64,000 nt of DNA, taken from positions 51,958,001 to 52,022,000 of the forward strand of contig CM052817.1 in the NCBI GenBank assembly GCA_028534125.1, read 5' to 3'. A program made the translations under genes and the position numbers. This document shows, piece after piece, positions 13,720 through 26,240 of this stretch. The notes under the pieces are model-generated. The model made no database searches. It was not told where the DNA came from and worked only from the letters and a program-made list of their open reading frames with translations. The stretch comes from Lama glama. Taxonomy: Eukaryota. Each line of letters starts with the position of its first letter. Positions within the stretch are counted from its first letter, which is position 1.

Positions 13720-13930
13720 AACACAGACTCAGGTATTTATCTGAGTATTTTGCAAGTATATCACCTTGACAAAGTTACTGAAGTTCACTAAACTTAGATT
13801 CCTTGATCTCAACAATGAGGATAATTGTGGAATATTTCCACCTCCTAGTCTTGTTGCAAGGGTTAAAGGACATCAAAGGGTATAAGGTTTAGTCCAGAAC
13901 TTGTCATACTCTAGGTGCTCAATAAATGGT
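13720..13930 (+). mobile_element. MIR SINE
   Basis: caccttgacaaagttact...ccttgatctcaacaatgaggataat...taggtgctcaataaatggt. Confidence 0.7.
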
Positions 13931-15909
13931 TCAAATTCTCATCTGTTATGGCACATGAAAATGAACATTTAGTGGAACATGTTATGGAACATGAAAAATT
14001 ACATGTTCTGAAAGTAAGGGACAAATTATTTCTAATAAATCAAGCTACATCACTGTTACTGGGTCTCTGGAGTAGATGAAGTATCCAAAGGTATATTATC
14101 TTTACTGAGCAAAATGTCATATTATCTGTTCACTTCCAGTTGTCACTCACATGGGTCATTTCAATCTCATGTATATGCCTAAGAAATGCCTTAATAAAAT
14201 CTGACATCATTAGATGGAATTAAGGCTATGTTTGTTTGGTTTTTTTTTCCTTCTGGTCTTAAATTGGACAGTAGTGCAAAATGCAAGTCACTTAAAAGAA
14301 CTTGTGGGAGCTCTCTTGCAACACGTCTGTTCCACCAAAGATTTGCAGACCTATGTTTGACTTTGAGTGTTCCACACTAATTCTAGTACATTTTCAGACT
14401 GGACACTCCCACTGGTTCCCTCTTTAAATTCATAAAGTTTTAGCCTCTGACTTGAAATTTGAGAATAAGAATAAAAAATATATATGGTATAATGGATTCT
14501 TTACATTTGTGAGCCTCTTGAGGAGAGAAATGGTATCTTTTTTTTTTTCAACTCTGGCACAGAGTAAATAAAAAATAAAACGTGTTGAATGGGCTATTCA
14601 AAAAACATAAAAGTACAACATTTCTTTAAGTACAGTTGGGTACTATGGATAATGACATTCAATAAAGGTTTATTACTTCTTACAGTAATATTTGGAGGCA
14701 ATTGAAAATGAAATCCTGGATATGAATATCTGCAATGTGATTGTCATAAAGCACAGCCTTCCTATGGAGAATAGCAAAAACTCACTTTCTAACTTAAGTA
14801 TATATAAATATTATGGCACTAGAATTTGTATTCCCTTGGAAGAAAGAAAGTCATAAATGGAAGAGTTATGTGTGTAGTCAGGCATTTCTTTCTGCCAAAA
14901 TATTATGAAAAAGTACATTATATTAGTTATAGGAATATTTATTCTTTTTTCTCTTCCTAAATCTCAATTTAAACAATTTATACAACTGTCCCTGCTACAG
15001 ATGACCATAAATCTACCTCTAAGTAGATCTAGGCTATACATTTATTCTACATAAAATTCAATATCTACAACCAAAAGAATCCTAAAATAAATTAATATAC
15101 AATTCTGGGGAATTGACAGTATCCCAAAATGAGGTCCATGATTGGGTTGGTTTCAATTTCTGCCAAAAAGATATAAGAAAATTCACTTTGTAAATTTTGA
15201 CTCATTTTTCCTAAATTGGTCTTCCATCCTCCCTCCCTCCCTCTCTCTTTCTCTTTTTGTTACCTAGAGTTATTAACTCTCTGCTAACAATTAATTGCAC
15301 TTAATGTGAAAGTGAGTGGGTAATTGGTAATCACCGGTAATCAAAGCTAAGCTACTGATATGGCACCTTATTTAGAGAAAGAGAGAGGGGAAAAAGAAAC
15401 ACTCTAGATGTCATCACAGTTGTCCTTCCTTTTGCTTATGAGTAATTTTTTGATGGAGTATGGCGGGGTGGGTCACAAGGTAATTAGCTGGCTTTTCTAC
15501 TATGTGAACATTTGTAATATGTGATTTGGAGGCAGGATGGTGGGGAGAAAGCAAAAAACATTTTGATATGTAAGCAAGTTTCATCCATCTGTGAGGAAAG
15601 CAGATGATTTACGAGGCTTGTCTCCTTATAATTAAAAACAATATACAGACCTTCTGCTGTTTTGAAGACACAAGGATGGGCTAACTCATAGAACTATGAG
15701 GATGTACTGAGTTAAGGTAAGTAAAGAAATTAATGAGGCACCTAGCATATATTAAGTATGTAATATATGTTTATAAAAACAATTATAGATGTTTAATTGC
15801 TATTGTTTTGTTTTTACTGTTTCGATGATTTTTTTTTTTTGACTTTTGCTTTAGTCCACCACTACTTCTTGGTTATTAACTCTTAAGACTTGAGCTGGCC
15901 TAGTCATCA

Positions 15910-17660
15910 GGCCAAGGACTTAACTAACCAACTAAACCACTGGCCACATCCCTTGAGTTGGTATACAATCAAACCTCAGGCTGTTTCTTGTTCCAGATAA
16001 AATAAACAAGATGCACTGCTCAAACTTCTGCCCACTGGGAAGATTCCTATTCACCACTGTCCTTCACGGAAGGAAGAGGCCCCTGGGCATCTGGACTAGT
16101 GCCTCACGGTTTACTCCTGCTACATTCCCTTCCTCTCTCTTCTTGCCTCTACAGTTTTATTAAGGAGTTTTCTGCCATCAGTGGACTGGAAAAGAGAAAA
16201 CAGGCCTAGTTTACAGATGGCTCTGCAGAGTATTTAGCACCACCTAAAAGTGGACAGCCGCAGCACTACTGCTTCCTTCTGGGATATCCATAAAAGGACA
16301 GAAATCCTCCCAGTAAACTAATTTGGTTTTGCAGGGTCTGCTGGAACCTAACCATATATATCCCCTTTCCATTTGGTGATGCGATGACACTGTACATGCC
16401 TAATTTTATGGCTTGGTGGGTCAGACAATATCCAGTTCATGGTGGGCAGTTCAGGTTTCATGGTAACTTGGTGGCCCATGGTTAAACACTTGGTCACTTC
16501 TAAGGCCCACTAATAAGCAAGAAGCTGTTTCTTGAAAAGAGAGTAGCTATTCACAGAGGATGGCAGGGATCTGCTCCAAAATCCTAAGAGTCTATGCTGT
16601 AATTCACATCTAAGAGCCTGTCAAAGGTTAAAAACATCATCTCCCTCTGCTGCTGACACTTCAGGCCCCACAGGATCTGATGAATAAAAATGGCCAAAAT
16701 AGTAGAGCAGTTTGCACAGCAGACTGGATCTGCTGCTGAGCCTTCTCTTGTTCTAGGCCCCACTGAAAACTGGCAGCATTTTGAGTCACTTGGAACCTAC
16801 AGTAGCACAGCCAAATGAGGAATATATTGCCTTCAAATCTCCAAAGAGACACACTAGGTACTGTGCCTCCCTTTTGCTTGTAGGAGGGACCGGATACGAC
16901 AACTTATACTTCAACTTAGAGGGGACATCTCAGCATGCCCCACTCCACTGGAACCCAGGAAACTTCGCTGAGGTGGAGGGCCCCTGAATTTCTGTCAGGT
17001 CTGTCTTCCATCCTCTGACACATAAATGCCATACAAATAAGTCTTGAATAGTTGCTACATCTTGCTCACTAGGCCAATGGGCATAATGCTATCAATGCAG
17101 TGTAACAGGTCAGCGTGATGTCTTGTGGAGGGCAAGGCAATTAGGATTGCCGCAGACTAGTCTATGACATAGGGCTGGAGAGTTGCTATATTCGTAAAGT
17201 AGGGCTGTGAAGTTGTGCTGCTAGTCTTGCTATCTGAAAGCAATCTGTTTCTGGTTGTTTCACTGACAGGTATCAAGATAAAAGCATTTGCCAGATAAAT
17301 TGCTGCATACCAGGTACCAAGGGTATGTTTTTTTCTTAAGCAATGAAACTGCCTCTGGTATAGCACCTGCAGTTCAGAGCCTCCATGTAGTTATCTTACC
17401 ACTGTCAGTCTCCGTGATCTGTTTTCTGCACAGGCCAAATAGGTGAGTTGAATGGGGATGTGGTAGGAATCACTGCCCTACTTCCATCAGTCTCTTAATG
17501 GTGGCACTTCATCCCTGTAATCACTCCAGGAAAGCAGTATTGCTTCTGGTTTACTATTTTCCTAGGTAGAGGCAGTTCTAGTGACACCTACTTGAACTTT
17601 TCTACCATAATAGCCCTCGCTCCACAGGTCAGGGAATCAATGTAGGGATTCTGCCAGTTG
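15910..17660 (-). pseudogene. pol: Degenerate ERV-L pol (end of protease region, RT, RNase H) with stops and frameshifts; 16071-16314 is inverted
   Basis: ORF-track fragments 16661-16852 and 17157-17366 match ERV-L Pol motifs; many in-frame stops. Confidence 0.85.
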
Positions 17661-17689
17661 CTGACCATGTCTCTTCCTTTGGATACCTT

Positions 17690-18680
17690 TTTCTACCCCT
17701 AAGATAAAACACTGAATCCAGAATCTCTGCTAAATGGACCAAGATCAATGATTTCAACTGAGTCCAACTTTATGTTCCTACCAGCATTATCCCATACTCC
17801 TATTTTCCATACCCACACAGATTCTCTCGATTTCCATCTACGTATTGGAAAACCCATGTGGTTTTACTATCATGTAGCATACCTTTTCATGTCTTATATA
17901 TTTACCTCACCTTTCAAGTCTTGCTGGGACTTACGTCTAGTTATAAGTCTAGAAGCAAAGAGAAGCATTGGAAGTGGGTTCTGAGGAAATCTGAAGGGTC
18001 TTACAAGGAAATTACTTCAGGGGAAACCATCACAATTTCCTCAAGCAAAGCAAGGCTAACCTTCTCAGAAGAGGCCTGGAGGTCTGCTTCTACTGTTAAG
18101 AAGATTCATCAGAATTTAGGGGCTCAGTGCCCCCAGTGTCATCAGAATCTTCCCATATGTTTCCATTCCAATTTACAGGATTCCATTCTTTCCCAATCAA
18201 GTCCTTCACTATAACAGTAGACATCCTGCAAGGTTGGCAATTCAATTTGTACTGAAATTCAGCCATTTGCAATTTAAGACAGAGATTTATGTTTTAGCAA
18301 TCTCAACTGCACGACAGGAGGCAATAACTTTTTCCAGAGAAGATATAGAAAATTTAGGTCCTTGATGTGACGCTTGAGTAGGGAACTGGAAGTCTTGAGT
18401 TCGTCTTTTTCTATATTCACTTTAGTGCAGTTAGGAGCAAGTAGTCAATTTCATCACACTCACTGGTTTCACAAAAATGTTTGAAGTTAAAAAATACATA
18501 GTCACCCAGAAGCTTGATTCTTATATGTATTTGATTAGCAGTATCTCAAGATGATATTTTGCCTACTATTCCAAATCACACCATGAACCATTCATGCTCT
18601 CTTTACTACTGGAAATAGTCATCAGTGCCTTTAAAACTGATCAGTGAACCAATTACAAAAAACCCAGAACCAATTTAGAA
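17690..18680 (-). pseudogene. gag: Degenerate 5' part of ERV-L gag
   Basis: Minus strand gives ...ESVWVWKIGVWDNAGRNIKLDSVEIIDLGPFSRDSGFSV and FASRLITRRKSQQ, similar to HERV-L/MuERV-L Gag. Confidence 0.75.
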
Positions 18681-19769
18681 AACACATTCTTAAGATTCTG
18701 TTTCTCCAGAACCACTTTAAATATCAAAATGTATTCCCCAAAGAAACGTGTGTGGAGTGTAAAAAATTAATGCTCCCTTTCAGTATTGCTCACTTCTATC
18801 ATGTTCCCAGGCATGCTTGGCCCTCATGTTCTCTTACCCTCCCTGCTACGAAATTAAGTAACAGGTCCTTTTCAAAGACACACAGTTTAAAGTGTTGCTA
18901 TATCAGGTATTTAGGGTGAGTTTACCTAAAGCAATGCGTCTTTACAATTCAGAATTTTATCACGGTTTCTGAAGATTAGGCATTGGGACATTCCCAGAGC
19001 AAGACTAACACCAAGTGAGTGGCTGTCCATTCTTCCTTATTTTTAAGGGAAATGCATTTTAGAACTGAAATTAGAATAAGAACCAAATAAGTTCCAAGGA
19101 AACTTTGTAACTGAGAATTTACCACATATTTACATCATTGTTCTGGATCAAATGTAAAGCTCTAATAAAAAAAGTTCAGTGGAAGATGTGTGGCCTGAGG
19201 CTGAATTGTAAGTGGGATGAACACAGCTTTACTCATGCTGAACTGGGCCTATATATCAACTGGTGTGACACTGTAAAATATCAGATTAATTTGGGGTAAA
19301 AGAGCAAATTCAACCTTATTGTTGAGGCCTGGGGGATTAATGATTCTACATTTTCATTTTGATTCACTTATTCTGATCTTAAATTGTGAGACTCAATTAC
19401 TAGAGATAAATCCCATCTAGTCTCATTGCATAATTGGTTTTTGTAGAGTCCATTATCCTAATAATTATACTCTAATTGGCATAAAAACGAAATATTCTGA
19501 TAAGGAACATCAGGAAATAATAACAGTAATTAATAGTAATTAAATTCTGCATAGCCCATCATAGAACACAGAGGTTGGAGGTGATTTTAAAAATAAATTT
19601 ATGTAGGACTTAAGAGGAAATTACGAACATTTAATATGCATTTTTGTTTGTTAATTTATCTACATAAGCTAAGATACATTAAAATTCACAATAGAGTATT
19701 TTCCCCACACTTAAAAAATTTCTGAGTGAATTCAGTGACTACAGTTAAGCTAGAAAGGTTGTGTTTTTA

Positions 19770-19880
19770 ACTCATTCATTCAATGCTACATGTCTACTCT
19801 ATGTCAGGCATTGAATTGAATCCTGAGAAAGAAACAACACATATAACACACAGCCTGAACCTTAGAGATTATGCAATTTC
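19770..19880 (-). mobile_element. L2 3' tail fragment
   Basis: ctcattcattcaatgctacatgtctactctatgtcaggcattg. Confidence 0.55.
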
Positions 19881-20387
19881 ACCAGAAATTTAGGTTGGAA
19901 AATGAGGTCTCCTGATACGGTATCTGCATATAGCTTTTGCTGCAGCCTCTGTTGGTGGTCATGGTGGGGACGGGAATTGGGAAGATCGTCTCCACCTACT
20001 CTGGTTTCCAAATGGAGAGACAACAATACAAATGGCACTCATGTCTCCACTTCCTCCATTACTGTCTGTTCCCTGAATCCTCTGGGAAAAAGGAGTGTAA
20101 TCTGATTACTTTAGATAAGAGATTAAAAATAGAGTTTTCATGGCCAAATCCCTCTTTTCTTTTTAGAGTGTGCCTGCCTGCACAGGGTGTATTCAGTTTT
20201 GCTCCTTCTATGCTGCAAATTTTACATGGAAGAAATTCAAAACCTATGGGGAGGGATTTCTAGTTGCCAGGCATTTCCCATGAGTGGGTGGCCATAAGAC
20301 TATCTAACTCTAGGATTCAGTTTTAGGAAGCCTATTAGGCTAAATATCTAAGCCATGTTCACCAACAGTCCTGTTGTTTGATCTACA

Positions 20388-20635
20388 TCAGTGTTTCAAT
20401 TACTTATTGCCCAAACCAGCCCAAAATTTTATTTTTCTCTCATAATTTTGTGGATGGACTGGGCTTCGTTTGGTACTTCTGCTGCAGCTTATGATTTAGC
20501 TAAGGTCACTCATGTAAGCTGCATTCAGAGCAAGTAATATTACCAAGTCTGAGCTCCATGTGGAAAGTGGTCATACATGAGGTAAATACTAAGATGTGTT
20601 GTTCACTGGGGACTAACATATAACAGTCTACCACA
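20388..20635 (-). mobile_element. MaLR LTR remnant (MLT1-like)
   Basis: aattacttattgcc...ctctcataattttgtgg...ggtcactcatgtaagctgcattcag...agtctaccaca. Confidence 0.6.
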
Positions 20636-21744
20636 GTCTACTTGACCCTTTTGCCTACCTCTCAATTGGTTCTGAACTTGGATGAGGAAGAGGGCTTCCA
20701 TTTATTAGAGTCTTGAAACATCTTCATTCTTTCCAAACTTCTTTCTTTCATTGGTGCTATTTTTCCCATAAATGTTCTCTATTTTCAGCAATTTTTTGTT
20801 GCAACTCTATTATTTAAACTTTATTTACTGTGTCCCTGCTACGCCTGCTTCTAATTTCAAAGTGTCTCACATATTTCAGTATTTAGTCAAGTCTCTCTGG
20901 CAAAGCAAATTATATCCCAATCATAGATAACTGTTTATTTTTACTTTCATGGTGGCTATTCTTTCCATAATAAGCAAAAGTTCTATCTCATTGAAGAGTC
21001 ATTATTTTTTCAGCAAATATTTATGATAATTTATTCTTTATGATTTCTATAGTTTTCATAATTTAAACCTGCTAATATCACCTTGTGATTATCTGTGAGA
21101 AATTTAACAAACTGCCTCATAACTTTTGTTCAAGTGTATTCTATCAGGTTCCACTTTAATGTCATCCATCTGGCACACTGTTTTTACTCAGAGTCACTTA
21201 TAAGTACATAGGAAATACAGTGCTGTGGCCATTTTGTTTGGATTAAGAAGAATAGCTTGAAATGTAAAAAAGAGAATAAAATTAAAGAAAGACTTGCAAA
21301 AAAAGCGGGAGGTAACCTTAATAAAGCACATGTTATGGAAAACAGGCTAACAATATTGGATCCCACAAACAGAATGGCCCACTTAGTCATGGGCTACTCT
21401 AAATAGCAAAGACTTCAAGAAATATTTTAAAAATTTTTCATGCAAATTTTTGTGAAGTTAGCATATATATAGCACAAGGACAATGGGAATAACTGTATTT
21501 TTCTTGACATACATTTCAAATCTAAACCAAATATGCAGAAGTATATATTAGATGACATTCCAGACCTCTATAATATGGAAAAAATATGGTTTGTATTATT
21601 GTTTAAGCCTAGGGGACAATTGTACACTGATATATTCATATTCTCTTATCTTTTTCCATTCATGATCATGACACAAATATTAATAAGAGAGAGAGGTTCC
21701 ACTTGGAGTAATGGGATTGAGGAAAGCTAACTGATTCATGGAGT

Positions 21745-22145
21745 TCTGGAAACCACAATAAATAAGTAATCTTTGAAGGAGCTGGCTATATATAGCTTGG
21801 GGATAGAATACAAAAAGAAAAAATGATAGTTTCAAACATTCAAAAATGACAGCTTCTTCAAACATTTTAAGAATTACCATGTGAAAATTCAAAATATTAT
21901 GTGGTTATTCTAGAAGAAAGACCTTAAGATCAACATATAGTGTTTATATGGAGGCAGATTTGAACTCCCTGCAATGTGAAGCTTTCTGTATTTAAAGATA
22001 CCCAAGAATAAAATCCAATCCTAGACAAGCAGTTTTTCTTCATTAGAAGTAGTAAATAGACATGGCAACTTCAAGGACTATGGAAGAAATTTCTGCACTG
22101 GATGGAATTTGGATTAGATGAATAATTAATGCTCCTTCTGACTAG
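21745..22145 (+). mobile_element. L3/CR1 LINE 3' end
   Basis: ttgaaggagctggctatatatagcttgg...cttcttcaaacattt...ggaggcagatttg...ttggattagatga follows the L3 3' consensus order. Confidence 0.7.
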
Positions 22146-22449
22146 AAAAAAATGTCACTAATTCTTTACTAAAATTTATCATGATAGTTTATAAGACTTT
22201 ATGGAAATTACCCACGACTAATGGGAAGAAAAATTAATGTTTGTGTCTAATATTTTAAAAGTATGTGAGCATTTCTGTTTGTTCCACAATCTCATTAAAA
22301 ACATAGATGGCTTGGTTTGAAGATTCCAGGCACTTTAAACAATAATATTAATACACATTAATTCTCTTAGCTAATAATTCTATTCCCAACCACATTCTAT
22401 GTCTTAAAAACGCCTACCAATTCAATTAAAACCCGTCATAGCCTTCTGC

Positions 22450-22682
22450 TAATCCACCAGATGCAGTAACTTCTTCCTTTCTGTTCTTCTAGCACCATAA
22501 TATGTGCTATAAAAGAAGTATGTACCTTGAAATGTAATTATTTGCTTATGTGTCTTTTTTTCTTAGATTTTGAGTATCATAGGTTAGAAAAATGTATCTA
22601 TAATTTTTGAAACCCCAACACTTTGCCCAACTAAGAAATATTCATTTGAGTAGGCATTCATTATGTATTTGTTTAGTGAACA
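22450..22682 (+). mobile_element. L2 3' end
   Basis: tgtaattatttgcttatgtgtct...gtaggcattcattatgtatttgtttagtgaa. Confidence 0.6.
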
Positions 22683-22822
22683 TTAGTCTTTTACCTTGGG
22701 CATTTCTTGAAAGTGTATGTCCAAGGGTAAAAAAAATAACCAAGTATCATGGCGGCTGCTAAGGTTCTCCTTACACAGTATATGCTATAGAACAGAGGCT
22801 TGTATGTGGTATATGCTATAGA

Positions 22823-23172
22823 CCAGGTCTAAACTGTCAAGATATACTGAACGTGGACCAAAGACTGTTTTGTTTGCTCCACTGTTAATCTGGTTTGCAA
22901 ATGTTTTTAAACTGCATCTACTACTAACATTTAAAAATAATATTTCGTGCAATAATCTAGGTATCTAATTTCCCTTTAGAAACAGTCAAACTTGTGTTTC
23001 ATGTCTGACTCTTTAGACAGGACATACATCTTCTGATTTGCCATACTTCCCACAATTCCCTAGTGTCTTCCAATCACTAAAGCTAAAATACTGGTTGATA
23101 TTTATCAGTCTACAACCAACTAACGTCCATTACGTTTTTTACTCTATGCATCATTTGAATTTGGAATCCCTA
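22823..23172. mobile_element. hAT-Charlie transposon (MER102-like)
   Basis: tgttttgtttgctcc, aacatttaaaaat, ctttagacaggacat...tttgccatacttcccac...catttgaatttggaatccct; flanked by CTATAGAC / CTATAGAT, an 8-bp hAT-type TSD. Confidence 0.7.
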
Positions 23173-23564
23173 CTATAGATATTTCTTCTTAAGAGAAAAC
23201 CCAGTGCTTAGCTTACTAATATAATAAGCAGATATATCCCTTATGTCTTCTCTCTGGTCAGGATTCATACTCTTTAGAAGAAAAATATCAGAAAGTTTAT
23301 AGTGATGGACTGCGAGTAATATGCAGTGGATAAAGGTTTACAGCAATGCTCTTTATTTATTTAAAGAAGACTGTCTCCTTTATTTCTCAAGTATGCTAAT
23401 ACAACATAAGCGATCATGCATCGCCCATTCCTAACCCAAACAATTTTAGCTAATCTATAATTCTTGGACTACTAGATACCAAAGTGGATTTGTTCAAACA
23501 GTGCCATAATCAGTGAGGAGTACAAACTGACTGACCATTTATTAAAAAAATAACCATGGAAAGC

Positions 23565-23790
23565 TATATAATATAGTGGTTAGGTATACAGACTCTGTCA
23601 AAATTCTAGCTCTGATACAGCTAGACTGATCTGGGACAATCAGTTAATCTCTCTGTATTTCAGTTTATGTGTCTCTGAAATCAGGAACATAACAATGCTT
23701 ATTTCTTAGTGTTTTTGAAAATTAAATGAGCACTGTAGAGTGCTTCAAAAAGAGCCAGGCACATCAAAAGGATTCAATAAATATTATTTG
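23565..23790 (+). mobile_element. MIR SINE
   Basis: tagtggttagg...cagttaatctctctgtatttcagttt...aaattaaatgag...ttcaataaatatt. Confidence 0.75.
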
Positions 23791-24457
23791 GAAATTGATA
23801 GGTAATATTCAATGTTATATTTTAGTATCTATCCTTCTTAACAAAAGTATTAAAAAGTAAATTTTGAATTAGTATATTTCCACAATAAATAAACCAGATG
23901 ACAAGTGTTTGTTACTAGGCCAATGCCAATTATGGCAGAACTGATGGATGATTAATTTTCATTATTTCTATATAGTTACATTCAAGAGCAAATTTTGTTA
24001 TTTACCAAAAAGAAATGTATTTCAGATAAAGCCCTTCAAACTTCACCTGGCAGGGGCTAGGATCCAACTTTCAAAAGAGATTACTGAATTTGCTTACCAA
24101 TCTATGTATCTGTGCAAATGCTTAAGGAGTGACTCTTTGAATGCTAGCAGATGCCACATGTGAAATCTTCAAAATATTAGCAAATGACTTGTAAACACTA
24201 TCTTCTTAGGTTCCCTTAGGGGCTATATAGTTCTCCCTAGCCTTACCCAGGAAAAGGTTACCTGGAAATTTCTTTCATTACTTGGAATTATTTTTTCTTT
24301 ATTTTGTTTTCTGTTTCCCACTATTAAATCTTCCTTAGTATTAAAACCTGAGGTAAAAAGTAATTTCATTTCAACATGGGCACAAGTTAGAAATTTGCTA
24401 CTTAATCAAATAGCCTACATATTGCCCCAGATACACCACTAAGGGGAGTGAGAAAGG

Positions 24458-24476
24458 GAGTCGGCAGAGGGCAGTA
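24458..24476 (+). promoter_or_regulatory. Candidate CTCF site
   Basis: GAGTCGGCAGAGGGCAGTA matches the CTCF core; a weaker CCACTAAGGGGAG motif lies just upstream. Confidence 0.4.
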
Positions 24477-24725
24477 AATGACTCGAGTGGGGTTGATAGC
24501 CTGAGGTAAGACATCGTTCATTTTCTGTTACTTGCCTTTGTGATTGTTTCCACACATCCTTGGAGACTACAGTTGTTCAAAAATATTTTTTCTGATACTT
24601 TAGTAATACAATGATTTTGTTTCAAAAGTTTAATACAAACCAAGAAATTTACTAGTGAAAGGTTGTATTTTTTTTTCTAAGAACTTTTACAGGACTCATA
24701 CCACATACCCAAGCTGTTTAAAATT

Positions 24726-24855
24726 TGGGTGTCACACAACTTATTGTTCAAACTGGGGTACTTCTGAGAATGAAAGAGGCACTCTTACTAATCACACTAG
24801 GACTATAGGATTAAATCAGACCACCCTAGGCAGACTAGGGTGTATGGGCACCCTG
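24726..24855. mobile_element. hAT-Blackjack MITE (MER94-like)
   Basis: Terminal inverted repeats GGGTGTCA...GGGCACCC; internal caaactggggtacttctgagaatgaaagaggc; ~130 bp. Confidence 0.75.
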
Positions 24856-25544
24856 ATTATAAGATTTACTACCTATTTTCTCTCTCAAATAACTTGCTCA
24901 GGTCAGCAATTAAGACTTGTAAGTATTGCTTTTATATGACACAGTTAAAATGAGGTGTTATTTAAAGAAAAACTGAAAAGAAACAGTTAAAAGTGAAGAT
25001 GAGGAGGAGGGTAGACCTCCTCTCTCACCAGTAACAGAGCACTGTGCTATTGCAGGTGTCAATCCTGGACTTTGGACTTTGGATCTTGTTTTCACACCCG
25101 ACACCCTCTCATCATAGTTTCCTACAACAACTGGGTCTGAAGCTAATATAAGTTTATTCTTCCTGACTAGCTCACTAACAGCATATTTCATTGCACTCAC
25201 TTTCAGATTGGTATAAACTTAGACAAATCATACCTGGCAATGCAGTCAGGATCTATATGAATTAGAGTATCTGTCAATTCTCTCTATGCTGCTGATTCTG
25301 TTGCCTTCTGAAATATTACTTTAGGCAACCTGACAGACTTTTCTGGTTAATTAAGTATCTTTACATTATAATTATACATTAATATGTAAAATATTTACAT
25401 TTACATATTTTTCTGTACAAAACTCTGCTATATGTCCATGAATTAAGAATTTTACATCCCATACTTCTGTGAGATAATGGTGTAGATTCCATATCCAAGA
25501 ATCAACAACAACAACAAAAAACCCATCCTTGCCATGTTTTCTCC

Positions 25545-25707
25545 TTAGTGGCATTCTTTGATTTTAGTATGTGCAGGAATTTCATGATTCTATTTCCAGA
25601 AATTTTATTTCAAAAGTGATTGGGTGGGATCCCAAAATTAGATATTTTAGCAATGTCTCAGATAATTTTGATGTAGATGGTCTTTGGGCTTTGTTTGTGA
25701 AACTGCT
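25545..25707. mobile_element. MER5-like hAT relic
   Basis: ccagaaattttatttc...tgggtgggatccc...gataattttgatgtagatggtc...gaaactg. Confidence 0.55.
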
Positions 25708-25829
25708 CTGTAACAGATAGTAAAAGAGAAGAGTGCATCCAGGTGAGCCTCCAATGAGCTGTGCCAGTATCAGTTCCTACACAGAATTTTTTCATATTCC
25801 AAGCAAGGAAGCCTAGCCGACTACCTAGT

Positions 25830-26240
25830 CCATTCATGCACTCAGTAAATGTTTACTGAGAACTCTGCTGGACACTAGGGATGAAATGGTACCAAAGAGA
25901 GACAGGTTCTTTTTCTACAAGATATCTAGTGGGATAGCCAGCTCAGGCAAGATGAAGGATTACAACAGGGCACACATAGTGGTACAGAAACACACAGAAA
26001 TATTCTTAACCCAGAGAGAAATCCTGGGAAGTCTTCTCAGAGCAAGTGTCTAAACTAAAGAGTGCCTAAACTAAGAACCAAAGATTAGTAAGATTTAGAT
26101 AGATGGAAGAAAAAGAGAAGGGGGAAAACAGTCACAGAGTATAGAGAGTTTGGGGAACTGGATAATTCAACATTCTGGAGTACTATGTGTATGGGGGTGG
26201 GGGAAACACGCAGGGATGATGGTAAGAGATATGACTGGTT
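25830..26240 (-). mobile_element. L2 fragment
   Basis: cattcatgcactcagtaaatgtttactgag...ctagggatgaaatggtaccaaag. Confidence 0.65.

Larger units (their letters stand above)
15900..18731 (-). mobile_element. ERV-L internal region (decayed gag-pro-pol, LTRs not seen)
   Basis: Minus-strand translation gives ERV-L motifs: gag VWDNAGRNIKLD; RT VIPTTSPFNSPIWPVQKTD, GTWYAAIYLANAF, decayed YIDD (CIDS at 17088-17099); QVTQNAASFQWGLEQEKAQQQIQSAVQ; MNWILSDPPSHK; RNase H SSQWAEV*AVHLV. ERV-L-type leader at ~18690-18731. Confidence 0.92.

Noticed and set aside
15900..18731. Domesticated retroviral gene
   Set aside because: Multiple stops, frameshifts, a lost catalytic YIDD motif, deletions and an inversion.
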